Shown here: positions 9,090 through 17,438 of the stretch, piece by piece
Layout of the letters: every line of letters starts with the position of its first letter
Position numbering within the stretch: position 1 is the first letter of the stretch
Source of the DNA: a virus
Direction: 5' to 3' (one strand)
IMG/VR virus record: IMGVR_UViG_3300045988_005956
Span: 1 to 43,327 of that record
DNA length: 43,327 nucleotides
Made by a program: the position numbers and the translations under genes
Notes under the pieces: generated by a model
The model's database searches: none
What the model was told of the DNA's origin: nothing
What the model saw: only the letters and a program-made list of their open reading frames with translations

Positions 9090-9407
9090 TCACCCCCCTT
9101 GTTTCATTTTCTCGTCCAAGACATCCTTCAAACACGCACACAAGAACGCCCCGTTTGTCATCACGTGCCAAATAGACGGAAGCCCGGATTCTTCGTCAAT
9201 GTGCGTCGGGTCTTCCCAGATTGCTAAGACATGACGTAACAGCGCCTCGTGCCATCTCTCCGGCTCAATGCTGCGCCAGTCCTCCGCGTCTTTGTACTTC
9301 GCCAAGCCATATCCCCGCGTCGCCATGATCGCCTCTATCGCCTCCACGGGGACGGTGGACGGTCTGGGCTTTCCGCCGTCAAACTTCGCGCCCTTCAACT
9401 GCTCCAT
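9090..9407 (-). CDS. DUF5664-like protein (N-terminal domain type of dATP/dGTP pyrophosphohydrolases)
   Basis: The motif is KFDGGKPRPSTVPVEAIEAIMATRGYGLAKYKDAEDW...RHVLA. The family assignment is from memory only. Confidence 0.45.
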   Translation of the reverse strand: MEQLKGAKFDGGKPRPSTVPVEAIEAIMATRGYGLAKYKDAEDWRSIEPERWHEALLRHVLAIWEDPTHIDEESGLPSIWHVMTNGAFLCACLKDVLDEKMKQGG

Positions 9408-9585
9408 GCGTTACCTCCTTTAGTCTTTGCGCTGAAAGCGCGCTGTATGTTTCCTTTAGGATCTCCACCGTGTAGCGCACCTCGCCACAGCTTTCGCATA
9501 AATATCTTCGTGTTTTTATGATTCTGTCACTGGTAGGCCTGCTGTCTTTGCACCGCATCTTTTTGTTGCATCCCGGGCAAATCAT
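9379..9585 (-). CDS. NrdR-like zinc-ribbon protein
   Basis: CPGC...DSRP...RRYLCESCGEVRYTVE resembles the NrdR N-terminal zinc ribbon. Confidence 0.5.
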   Translation of the reverse strand: MICPGCNKKMRCKDSRPTSDRIIKTRRYLCESCGEVRYTVEILKETYSALSAQRLKEVTHGAVEGREV

Positions 9586-10082
9586 AGCTGTATCCCCCTT
9601 ATGTACTTATCAAAATACGTCACAGCCACCGCCATAGCCGCCCACATATCCGCCGAGAAGCCGTAAAAGAAACCGGGGTTCTTCTTTGTTCCCTTGCCGT
9701 AGTTCGGCTGACCTGGCGCGTAGCGGTCGACGAGGGCTTGTCGGATGTTCGCATCCTTCGCCGTCGCTCTGCCGCAAAGGTAAAGCTTTTCCTCCCGGCG
9801 GAAGATCTTCTGTATCTGGTATCCCTGCCGGTAAATCTCGGCATATTCCCAGAACCGCCCAATCCAGAAGCAGGTGTCAAACACCTCTTGGCCTACCGGC
9901 ATTCCCATTCCCGCCACCATCTCAATCGCTAAATGTTCATATGGCCAGCAGAGCACTTTATATATCTCCTCGTTCGGAATCTTCCCAACGTCCAGCACCT
10001 TCCGGATTTCCTTCCCGTCGTGCTCTACGATAACATAGCCGGATTTCTCGTTGCCGGGGTCAATCGCAAGGATCACGCCCAT
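9582..10082 (-). CDS. RuvC-like Holliday junction resolvase
   Basis: The N-terminus MGVILAIDPGNEKSGYVIV is followed by later acidic residues. Size is 166 aa. Confidence 0.8.
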   Translation of the reverse strand: MGVILAIDPGNEKSGYVIVEHDGKEIRKVLDVGKIPNEEIYKVLCWPYEHLAIEMVAGMGMPVGQEVFDTCFWIGRFWEYAEIYRQGYQIQKIFRREEKLYLCGRATAKDANIRQALVDRYAPGQPNYGKGTKKNPGFFYGFSADMWAAMAVAVTYFDKYIRGIQL

Positions 10083-10168
10083 CGAATACCTCCGCTCAAA
10101 TCATGAAGCGGGATCTTCTTCAACCATTCCCTCAGACCATCGGCAGAAACCAGTTTTTCACTCTCCAT
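10073..10168 (-). CDS. Small hypothetical protein (31 aa)
   Basis: An AAGGAGG RBS precedes the ATG at 10168. Translation is MESEKLVSADGLREWLKKIPLHDLSGGIRWA. It bridges two overlapping genes. Confidence 0.35.
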   Translation of the reverse strand: MESEKLVSADGLREWLKKIPLHDLSGGIRWA

Positions 10169-10448
10169 TGTCTGCGTCCTCCTTCCAGCCGTCCATACGC
10201 GCCCCGCAGTGCGGGCAGTAATCCATTCGCGCGTCAAATCCGATGTCGCACGCCGAGCAATACTGGATATCTCCTGCCGCTTCGCTATGGAACGGAATCC
10301 ACTTCGCATGCACCACCTCCGCAACGTCGGCGGCGGGCTGACGCAGCAGGAGCGTTTTCACCCGCGTAGGCGTCCAGTTCGGATTTTCCGCGTTGCAGGA
10401 TTCAAAGTCTTCCAGCGCCGCTTCGCGGCTGATGTATCCGTCAGGCAT
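10158..10448 (-). CDS. Hypothetical protein with a C-terminal zinc ribbon
   Basis: The ATG at 10448 follows an AAGGAG RBS. The Cys motif is YCSACD...YCPHCG. Confidence 0.55.
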   Translation of the reverse strand: MPDGYISREAALEDFESCNAENPNWTPTRVKTLLLRQPAADVAEVVHAKWIPFHSEAAGDIQYCSACDIGFDARMDYCPHCGARMDGWKEDADNGE

Positions 10449-10449
10449 T

Positions 10450-10680
10450 TCAATCACTCCTTCCGCGCCAGCTGAAGCACGATCCGCCCATTGTAAGCTC
10501 CTTCGGCGCTGTGCAGCTTCCATTGTGGCTATATTTGCAGATCTCGCAGGCATCCAGTTTCTCCATATCGCGCATGGCCTGCAAAAGCGTCACCCCAAGC
10601 TTTTGATTCTGCTCTTTCAAAAAGCAGATCGTTTCAACCAGTTTTTTGACGTTCATTTTCTCATACTCGGATTTGTCCAT
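10450..10680 (-). CDS. Hypothetical early protein
   Basis: 76-aa ORF in the tightly packed early operon. Confidence 0.5.
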   Translation of the reverse strand: MDKSEYEKMNVKKLVETICFLKEQNQKLGVTLLQAMRDMEKLDACEICKYSHNGSCTAPKELTMGGSCFSWRGRSD

Positions 10681-10864
10681 ACTTCCGGCTCCTTTCCTGC
10701 CGCTGCCATGCGTTTTCCTTATCTGCGCAGGCCTGGCACCTTGTTTTTCCGGGCCGAGGCGGGTTCAGCCCGCATCTGACGCAAAGGCCGATTTCCCGGA
10801 AAAACGTGTAAGATTCGCGTTTGTACTCCCGGATGTAGCGCCGCATGTACTCTTTACTGCTCAC
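10661..10864 (-). CDS. Hypothetical zinc-ribbon protein (GTG start)
   Basis: The Cys motif is CVRCG...CQAC. A GGAGGG RBS lies 9 nt upstream of the GTG. Confidence 0.5.
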   Translation of the reverse strand: MSSKEYMRRYIREYKRESYTFFREIGLCVRCGLNPPRPGKTRCQACADKENAWQRQERSRKYGQIRV

Positions 10865-10915
10865 CTTTGCCTGCCCTCCGTCGCCCGCTCGGCCTCCTCG
10901 CAGCTGATGTATTCG

Positions 10916-11215
10916 TCAGGCATGGTCTGCCTCCAATTTTCCTTTGTGTTTCTTCACGAGCTCCTTCGCTAAGTTCAAGCCGACTGCAGTATAGTCAAAT
11001 TCGGAGTCCCCGATAGCCGGTTCAACGCATCCTTCCGTCCCGCCATATGTGCCATGATGCTGTGCGAAGTCACTTCCGTCCGGGAAACGCACTGCATAGC
11101 CGTCGTGCAGGCGCTCTATCGTGCATTTGATTCCAAGATCGACGCAAAAATGGTACAACGCCCATATTTCAGTGTATTTTACTGGAAAATCTGTGTGCTT
11201 GATGTAATCAGTCAT
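10916..11215 (-). CDS. Hypothetical early protein
   Basis: An internal ATG at 11215 (MTDYIKHTDF...) has a purine-rich RBS. Confidence 0.5.
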   Translation of the reverse strand: MTDYIKHTDFPVKYTEIWALYHFCVDLGIKCTIERLHDGYAVRFPDGSDFAQHHGTYGGTEGCVEPAIGDSEFDYTAVGLNLAKELVKKHKGKLEADHA

Positions 11216-11408
11216 AAGACATATACTCCCTTCCGATTCTGTTTTGCATTTCATACGGCAGTGCAAGCAGCGGCGTGCATCTACTCAGGATCTCTGCTTT
11301 CAAAAGCCGCTCCGCCTGCCGCTTGGTCAGCCGCCGCTCCCGCTTCTTCGGCGGCAGCTCGCCTTTTGCCGCCGCAATAGCGGTCGGGTTGTGCTTATGT
11401 TGCCCCAT
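11208..11408 (-). CDS. Hypothetical basic protein
   Basis: The ATG at 11408 follows GGAGGTG. Translation begins MGQHKHNPTAIAAAKGELPPKKRERRLTKRQ... Confidence 0.45.
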   Translation of the reverse strand: MGQHKHNPTAIAAAKGELPPKKRERRLTKRQAERLLKAEILSRCTPLLALPYEMQNRIGREYMSYD

Positions 11409-11628
11409 CGTCCCGCACCTCCACGCCTGCCTCGTCCAGCAGGTCAGAAAGATCGGTGTCCACGCTGCTACCAATAAACTCGCCATTTTCGTCGAAGTGG
11501 TTGTACTCCGTGGTCGGTCGGGATTCTATCCCTGCAAACTCTTTTAAAAGTCTCAGATATTCGTCGTTATCGAAGAGCTGAGCCTGATAGAGTTGTCTCA
11601 ACTGCGCTTTGGTTATGTGCTTAGCCAT
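11395..11628 (-). CDS. Hypothetical acidic protein
   Basis: 77-aa ORF with an RBS, overlapping both of its neighbours. Confidence 0.5.
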   Translation of the reverse strand: MAKHITKAQLRQLYQAQLFDNDEYLRLLKEFAGIESRPTTEYNHFDENGEFIGSSVDTDLSDLLDEAGVEVRDDGAT

Positions 11629-11974
11629 CCTTCTTGCCCTCCATTTCCTGCAAAGCCTTTCTGGCGGCTTCCTCTGTCAAAAACACCGTTCGTCCGATTG
11701 CTTCCTCGCAGAATCTCTTCCGCCCGGTTATGTACGTTGTGCCGTTGACGTCAATGCGGATTGCGTCTACCGTGACCGGCACGGGCTTTTTGGGGCGCGT
11801 GTAAAACATCTTAGACAGCCAAACCGTATCGCCCGGTCTGAGCCGCTTACTGTCCATATCCTCATACGCTGCGAGACGTTCCGCCATCTGGACGAGTTCG
11901 CCGATCGTCGCATAACCCAGCGCGTGACCGTTTACCAGCACGCAATCCTCATCTCGGCTTGTCATCCGTTCCAT
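11621..11974 (-). CDS. Hypothetical early protein, paralog of 11988-12476
   Basis: The AGGAGG RBS is followed by the ATG at 11974. It shares RL.AYED, GDTVW and VFL(T/S)E.EA with the upstream gene. Confidence 0.5.
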   Translation of the reverse strand: MERMTSRDEDCVLVNGHALGYATIGELVQMAERLAAYEDMDSKRLRPGDTVWLSKMFYTRPKKPVPVTVDAIRIDVNGTTYITGRKRFCEEAIGRTVFLTEEAARKALQEMEGKKDG

Positions 11975-11987
11975 CCTGCTTCGCCTC

Positions 11988-12476
11988 CTAAACTTCCAAA
12001 ATGGAATTTCCAGCCGGAGGTTTCGCGTCAGCCGCAACCGCTTCGGTCTCGCTCAAAAATACTCTCACACCGATCTGGTCCACAGGGATACCGATATCCA
12101 CAATTTCCCCCGGAACAATGATGCTTGCTGATATTCTTGTAACCTCATGTGGTTGCACGCCAATGCAATCTCGCGCGTTATTTTTGTATGTCTTAAACCA
12201 CACCGTATCGCCCACCTTGCACGGCAGAATCACGACGCGCCCGTCCTTGTCGGCTTTCATCAGCTCCACCATTCGTGAGATGGAGTAATCACAGCCGGAA
12301 AGTGTTTCCTCTATCTCTCGCGCCTCGGCGCACGCCTGCGGGGATAATCCCGCATCTTCGTAAGCCTTGAGCCGTTCCCATACCTCCTTCTGCGTGCAGT
12401 TGCCGCTCTGCTGGCACGCCAGGTCTCGGCACTGTGCAATATCACAAAAGTTTCCTTCAAACGTTAGTCTTTCCAT
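11988..12476 (-). CDS. Hypothetical Cys-rich early protein, paralog of 11621-11974
   Basis: The start at 12476 lies 6 nt after AAGGAGG. The motifs are listed under 11621-11974. Confidence 0.55.
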   Translation of the reverse strand: MERLTFEGNFCDIAQCRDLACQQSGNCTQKEVWERLKAYEDAGLSPQACAEAREIEETLSGCDYSISRMVELMKADKDGRVVILPCKVGDTVWFKTYKNNARDCIGVQPHEVTRISASIIVPGEIVDIGIPVDQIGVRVFLSETEAVAADAKPPAGNSILEV

Positions 12477-12804
12477 CGGCATCCTCCTTGTCCTCGAACT
12501 GCTTCAAATGTTCGCGCAGCTCCGCGCATACCCACGCTGCCTGATAGAGCAGAGCCAAAATGTGCTCGAACGATTCAACATCTTCCCAGAGCCATTCGGC
12601 CATCATCGTCGAGAAGGAATCATCCGAGATATCCAAGTCCACATACGGGCAGTTCCATCTGGTCAGATCCCGCGACAGGTCGAACAGGCTGATGTCTGCG
12701 CCGTTCTTCCCGTATCCGCGCACCCATACCTCTTTGTCCTTGACGTAGAACAGGTTCAGCGCCATTTCAAGATTGTTTTTCGGGGTATCCGTTGTGAGCC
12801 TCAT
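12457..12804 (-). CDS. Hypothetical early protein
   Basis: 115-aa ORF whose start forms an ATGA overlap with the upstream gene. Confidence 0.55.
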   Translation of the reverse strand: MRLTTDTPKNNLEMALNLFYVKDKEVWVRGYGKNGADISLFDLSRDLTRWNCPYVDLDISDDSFSTMMAEWLWEDVESFEHILALLYQAAWVCAELREHLKQFEDKEDADGKTNV

Positions 12805-13421
12805 TTTTCGTCCTCCTCAATTTTTGGCGTATGTGCAAGCGTCTTGTACGCCGCAAACACCACATTCCCCGCTTTGGTCAATGCTTTTGTGCCGCACACC
12901 GCGCATTCGATGAGGTACAATCTTTCCTCGCAGTAGTACACGTGGAGCTTGTGTCCACATCTTCCGCAGCATATGTCTGTCTCCCACGCAAGGTAATTCG
13001 TACCGTCGTTTTTGCCATCAAAAACCTGATGGCACAGCTTGTCGAAGTTCGATGCACCTTTCATCATTCCACCTTCCGGCAAGCCGCGCCATTCCCAGCG
13101 GCTGGAATCGATGCACCCGGCGCATGGACACCCTTCCTGCACGCAGTTCATGCAATCAAAGACAATCGCACCGTCATATTCGCAAAAATCGTTATGCTTG
13201 CAGTCCAGGCAGTCATGCCGCTCTTTTATCTGCTCGATTATAGCGTCCCTCTCGGCTTCTGCCTTCGCATTCTCGGCGGTCAGGCGCTCGATCAGGTCAG
13301 CGGCTGCCTCGCCTAAATGCACGATACAATCCGCGTCGCTAAAAAGCGGGCATAAACCACCGTCTGCACAAACCTCTTTTTCGCAGCACCGCAGCGCCCG
13401 TATAGTTTCCTTGTCTGTCAT
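12801..13421 (-). CDS. Cys-rich hypothetical protein (about 24 Cys, several CxxC pairs)
   Basis: 206-aa ORF containing CCEKEVC, CLDCKHNDFC, CMNCVQEGCPCAGC, CCGRCG and CAVCG. Confidence 0.6.
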   Translation of the reverse strand: MTDKETIRALRCCEKEVCADGGLCPLFSDADCIVHLGEAAADLIERLTAENAKAEAERDAIIEQIKERHDCLDCKHNDFCEYDGAIVFDCMNCVQEGCPCAGCIDSSRWEWRGLPEGGMMKGASNFDKLCHQVFDGKNDGTNYLAWETDICCGRCGHKLHVYYCEERLYLIECAVCGTKALTKAGNVVFAAYKTLAHTPKIEEDEK

Positions 13422-13425
13422 AGCG

Positions 13426-13638
13426 TCACATTTCCCCTCCTATTTTCCGTTTCCCTCTTGCTGCTCGCCTGCAGTTTTTTGCCCCGCCATCGGTCATCTG
13501 GCTTATGTCGATGATCTCGGCGCGTTTGTCGTAGCTTTTCAGCCGTTCTCCCTTCACGGCGCTCCAAGCCTCGCAGGACGCGCTGCAACCGGCTTTCCGG
13601 TTGGGGCAGTCCTTCGCGCATGGTCCAAAGTTACTCAT
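13426..13638 (-). CDS. Small Cys-rich hypothetical protein
   Basis: 70-aa ORF, translationally coupled (ATGA) to the methyltransferase gene stop. Confidence 0.5.
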   Translation of the reverse strand: MSNFGPCAKDCPNRKAGCSASCEAWSAVKGERLKSYDKRAEIIDISQMTDGGAKNCRRAARGKRKIGGEM

Positions 13639-14432
13639 GCCAGTTCCTCCAACTTTATTTGCCCGTCCGGCTCAAAGCTGAGCATTTTCTCCTTCGCCGC
13701 TTTATAAAACCGCTTGTCGATTTCGAACCCGTAACTATTCCGTCCAAGTTCTGCCGCTGCGCGAAGCGTTGACCCAGAACCAGCGCAAGGGTCTATCACG
13801 ACGTCGCCCGGGTCTGTAAAAATCTCAATAAGCTGTTTCAGCAATCTCACTGGTTTTTGCGTCGGGTGGATTTTCGGGTATAACTTTGCGTTATCTCTCT
13901 CCCACGAAAACCAGTTAAAAACCATGTGCCTCTGTCCGTATACGTCTACGTTGCGAAATTTCGGTAGCTTATTTCGGTAAAGAACAACCGCGAATTCTAC
14001 TGCTCCGACCGGACGCATATTAGCTTTGAGCACCTGCGCGGAATAGTTTTTGCAAAAAAACAGCGGGTAAAACTTCTGAAACCCGTATCGCTTTCCGTAA
14101 TCTATAACCGTCTGTATCTGCTCGAACGCGCAAAACACAATCATCGCCGGGGCTTGGTTTTTCTCCTTTGGCTCTTTTTTAAGCAGACGCGAGCAGAAAT
14201 GCATATACTCTGCGATTTTGAAACTCCCATCGGAATTAAAAAACGCTTTCTTCGCAAGTTTGCTTTCCCCGTTTTTGTTATCTCCCCCTTTGTACCACAT
14301 TGGATTTGATGCATACGCATTCCCAGCGATGTTATACGGGATATCCGCGATCACAAGTTGTGCTTTTGGAATTCCGTATTTTTTATAATTCTGGAAATTA
14401 TCATGAAACAACTCCGTTTTCACACTGTTCAT
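13635..14432 (-). CDS. Orphan DNA methyltransferase (N6-adenine/N4-cytosine type, beta-class motif order)
   Basis: The DIPY (DPPY-like) motif lies N-terminal of the AdoMet motif DPCAGSGST. No adjacent restriction gene is present. The start at 14432 follows AGGAGG. Confidence 0.85.
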   Translation of the reverse strand: MNSVKTELFHDNFQNYKKYGIPKAQLVIADIPYNIAGNAYASNPMWYKGGDNKNGESKLAKKAFFNSDGSFKIAEYMHFCSRLLKKEPKEKNQAPAMIVFCAFEQIQTVIDYGKRYGFQKFYPLFFCKNYSAQVLKANMRPVGAVEFAVVLYRNKLPKFRNVDVYGQRHMVFNWFSWERDNAKLYPKIHPTQKPVRLLKQLIEIFTDPGDVVIDPCAGSGSTLRAAAELGRNSYGFEIDKRFYKAAKEKMLSFEPDGQIKLEELA

Positions 14433-14671
14433 TCTTTCCTCCTGACCTGCACCGTCACTTCCGCCTCCCAGCATTCCGGTTCCCGGACGGTGATAATCTT
14501 CCGCCGCCCGTCCTCCGGGTCCTTAACGCTGACGAGGTAAAACGCCTTGTTCTGCATCTTCTGCGGATACTTCCGCGCCCTTAAAGGCGTTCTGAGCTTT
14601 GGCATGAGCCGAGGGTAAATCGGCAGCGGCTCCGGAATGACAATCCAGACCTTGATTCCCTGCTTCATCAT
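14429..14671 (-). CDS. Hypothetical protein (80 aa)
   Basis: It starts MMKQGIKVW... after GGGAGGAAG and forms ATGA-type overlaps at both ends. Confidence 0.5.
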   Translation of the reverse strand: MMKQGIKVWIVIPEPLPIYPRLMPKLRTPLRARKYPQKMQNKAFYLVSVKDPEDGRRKIITVREPECWEAEVTVQVRRKE

Positions 14672-15384
14672 GCTTCCTCCCCCAACATCCGCTGAATCGC
14701 CGCCCTCTGGAAATCGGACAGCTCGTCTCCGTGATGCTGCACGTTGTAGCCCGGCTTCTTCCCCGGCTGTGACGGCGCGCCCTTCTCGCGTTCTTTCGAT
14801 TCCCACGTCAAAAACTTCTGCTTCCAGTTCCGTACGGGATCGCCCTTCCCGTCGGCCCAATTTCCGGCAGAATAATAGTCGAAAAATTTCTGTGCCAGAT
14901 TCGGAACTCCACGCTCCTTCGCGTATGCGGAAACCTCTTCCAACGTAGGTGGTATAAATTTCTTACGTTTCTTCTCAGAAATAGAACTACTCTCTTTTCT
15001 ATTTCCATTTCCATTTCCTAAAGGTAATACCGTGGTATTACCGCAAGCACTACCATCAGCCATACCAGAGTTATCATTTTCTTTGTTCCAACGCTTGCTG
15101 ATGTTCTCCCTTTGACGCTGGCAATGCTTGTCCCGTTTTTCGATTTCAAGCTCCATCCGGCGGTTGAAGTACTTGCCGTCCTCATCCTTCTGAAACTTGC
15201 TCATAACCTCGTCTGACGGCTTTTTGACAGCCCGTATGATTTCCTGCATCGTCATATGCCCGCGCTCTCTTTGGAGACACAGGAGCGTGATATACTGCCC
15301 ACGCTCCCGCATATCCATCAAGGCACAGCCGGATAGGAAATCCGACGTGTAAAACAAGACGGCAGGGTCTTTGTTGTTTGCCAT
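14668..15384 (-). CDS. DUF1376 (YdaU-like) replication-associated protein
   Basis: The N-terminus PAVLFYTSDFLSGCALMDMRERGQYITLLC fits the family. The C-terminal PTLEEVSAYAKERG...NWKQKFLTW motif is typical of phage replisome-organiser-type proteins. Confidence 0.6.
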   Translation of the reverse strand: MANNKDPAVLFYTSDFLSGCALMDMRERGQYITLLCLQRERGHMTMQEIIRAVKKPSDEVMSKFQKDEDGKYFNRRMELEIEKRDKHCQRQRENISKRWNKENDNSGMADGSACGNTTVLPLGNGNGNRKESSSISEKKRKKFIPPTLEEVSAYAKERGVPNLAQKFFDYYSAGNWADGKGDPVRNWKQKFLTWESKEREKGAPSQPGKKPGYNVQHHGDELSDFQRAAIQRMLGEEA

Positions 15385-15396
15385 CCCGCCACCGCC

Positions 15397-15798
15397 TTAG
15401 AACGGCAGTTCTTCGCCGTCATCTTCGTCCATCATCGTAAACCCGCCGGGGTTTTCCGGGTCCTTCGGCTCCGAAGATTTCTTTCCTTCGCCGAAGTAAA
15501 CACGGTTTGCCACGATCTCAGCAGACCGGCGCTTGTTGCCGTCCTTATCCTTCCAGTCGCGCAGCTGCAACCGACCGTCTACGACGGCCATGCTACCCTT
15601 AAAAAAGTAGCCGCTTACAAAATCAGCGGTTCCCGCCCACGCGACGCAATCAATGAAATCCGTCTCTTTCTCTCCGCCCTTCGGCGTAAGATCGCGGTCA
15701 ACCGCCAGCGTGAAGGATGCAACGGACGTTCCGTTCGGCGTCTTTCTCAACTCCGGGTCTCGAGTCATTCTGCCCATAATAACAATGCGGTTCAGCAT
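15397..15798 (-). CDS. ssb: Single-stranded DNA-binding protein
   Basis: It has an OB-fold N-terminus, MLNRIVIMGRMTRDPELRKTPNGTSVASFTLAV. It also has the acidic C-terminal tail DDGEELPF. Confidence 0.9.
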   Translation of the reverse strand: MLNRIVIMGRMTRDPELRKTPNGTSVASFTLAVDRDLTPKGGEKETDFIDCVAWAGTADFVSGYFFKGSMAVVDGRLQLRDWKDKDGNKRRSAEIVANRVYFGEGKKSSEPKDPENPGGFTMMDEDDGEELPF

Positions 15799-15974
15799 TC
15801 GCCGTCCTCCGTATCCGCCGCATTCTCTTCCGGAGCGCCAAAAATGACTTTCAAAACATCGTCGAAACGATACGAGGGCATCTTCTTATACGATTCAGCG
15901 AGCATGTCGAGCGTCAGGCACTTCTTCGCCAATTCCTCATACTTTTCCGTACTCAGTTTTACATAGGATTCCAT
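15792..15974 (-). CDS. Hypothetical protein (60 aa)
   Basis: The ORF has an AAAGGA RBS and overlaps the ssb start. Confidence 0.45.
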   Translation of the reverse strand: MESYVKLSTEKYEELAKKCLTLDMLAESYKKMPSYRFDDVLKVIFGAPEENAADTEDGEC

Positions 15975-16018
15975 AATTACGTTCCTTTCTTATAAATGTG
16001 GTTCAGCATGCTTCCTCC

Positions 16019-16756
16019 TTACAGCATGACTGTTACGCGCCCAGCTTCGATCTCGTCGGCAAGATGTTCCTCGAGGTATTCCTTGATCGTCTTCCGCGCT
16101 TCCAGCTTCCACATACCGCCGTCTGCCTCAACGAACGAAATGCCTCTTTCGTCAATTCGGATAAGGAACAGTCCAAGCGGCTGCTCAATTTCCTGGAAGG
16201 TTCTGTACGGGCGAAGTTTTACCAGCGGGCGAATCGTCGCGTTGGCCTGTAAGCTCACACCCTTCTGCGTGACAATCGTCGTAGCGACGCCAATATCGTT
16301 ATAGGTGATCTTTGCGCCGGTCGTGATCTGCGAAAGCAGCTGAAGCGTATACGCGCGATCTTCCGAGTCTTGAAATCTGGTTTGCAGCGCGACTGCCGCC
16401 CGTTCGAACGTGAGTTTTGTTTCCGCATCCCAGCCGGGAACGTCCGTCGCACGAACAAAATACGGCGTTAACCGCTCAAACGGAGTATCCATATCCGGGG
16501 TTCTGAAAGCCTCAACGCAAAGATGCGATGGAATCTTGATAAACAGCTGGCCGTCTTCGGCATTAGCTGTTCCCTCCCGTAGGATCATCTTGCACAGCGC
16601 GTCGAGACTGTTCAGTTCAAGCGTTTTCGCGCCGTAAACATCCTCGTGGATTTCCTTGTAGTTTCCATTCGGCAGGACAGCAAACGTGTGGTCTCCAATT
16701 TCCAAAACCTGCGGCTTCGCCATAGCCTCAATTTTCTCGATAGCTTCCTTAATCAT
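16019..16756 (-). CDS. Conserved early phage protein, function unknown
   Basis: The ATG at 16756 lies 8 nt after AAGGAGG, giving about 245 aa. It is possibly DUF2303/YfdQ-like, but I cannot verify that. Confidence 0.6.
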   Translation of the reverse strand: MIKEAIEKIEAMAKPQVLEIGDHTFAVLPNGNYKEIHEDVYGAKTLELNSLDALCKMILREGTANAEDGQLFIKIPSHLCVEAFRTPDMDTPFERLTPYFVRATDVPGWDAETKLTFERAAVALQTRFQDSEDRAYTLQLLSQITTGAKITYNDIGVATTIVTQKGVSLQANATIRPLVKLRPYRTFQEIEQPLGLFLIRIDERGISFVEADGGMWKLEARKTIKEYLEEHLADEIEAGRVTVML

Positions 16757-16769
16757 TTCATTTTCCTCC

Positions 16770-17135
16770 TTACGCATTTCTAACCAAATTCAAGACGGGT
16801 GCTACTTCCTGTTCTTCGCCCATCATATCCAGCTGGCCGGGCACGTTCGGTACCATTTCCACCGCCGTGACCTCGCCAAATTCATTTCCGGTGATATAAA
16901 GTGATGTCGCAACCGGATTTGTCGGGCAAAGAGCGCTTTTCACGCCGCAGGCAACCGATACGGTCTGCCGGTTGGAGTCTGGGCGGAACTCAATGGTAAG
17001 CTGCACTTTCCGCTTTGCTGTAGCCTCTGTGTTCGGGTCAAGGATGTTGTCCACGACCTTTGTCATTTCGTAGTCGATTCTCTCCATAATCGCTCCACGA
17101 GCCATTTGGAGAATGCTTGTCCTTGTGTCTTCCAT
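16770..17135 (-). CDS. Hypothetical early protein
   Basis: 121-aa ORF in the operon. Confidence 0.5.
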   Translation of the reverse strand: MEDTRTSILQMARGAIMERIDYEMTKVVDNILDPNTEATAKRKVQLTIEFRPDSNRQTVSVACGVKSALCPTNPVATSLYITGNEFGEVTAVEMVPNVPGQLDMMGEEQEVAPVLNLVRNA

Positions 17136-17138
17136 GAT

Positions 17139-17438
17139 CTACATTCCTTTCTTGTAAATAAGCTTTTCTTCATCCCACCCGGGATATTTCATTTTTAAGT
17201 AGCGTCTGATATACGCTTTCATGTGCTCGCGCTTCGCCGACTGGTCGAACTGCTTGTGGCAGCCATCGCACAACGTCACAATGTTCTCTTCGATCCCAAG
17301 CCCACCCTGCGAGCGTGGGATGAAATGACACCACGGATTGCCGGGGCGGAGGCAGACGATGCAGCGCCCGCCGTCGCGCGCCCAGACGGCCTTCTTGACC
17401 TTCTCAGGTATCTTTGTCGCCTTCGTTTCTTTCCTCAT
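17139..17438 (-). CDS. HNH endonuclease
   Basis: 99 aa with RDGGRCIVC...HFIPRSQGG...NIVTLCDGCH. The GGAGG RBS precedes the ATG at 17438. It overlaps the 3' end of ninB by 35 nt in another frame. Confidence 0.8.
   Translation of the reverse strand: MRKETKATKIPEKVKKAVWARDGGRCIVCLRPGNPWCHFIPRSQGGLGIEENIVTLCDGCHKQFDQSAKREHMKAYIRRYLKMKYPGWDEEKLIYKKGM

Noticed and set aside
9090-9407. Hint of a Z-genome (2-aminoadenine) pathway from the MazZ-type N-terminal-like domain
   Set aside because: - No PurZ (adenylosuccinate-synthetase-like) or DatZ-type gene exists anywhere in the 43 kb.
- The small domain on its own does not support base substitution.
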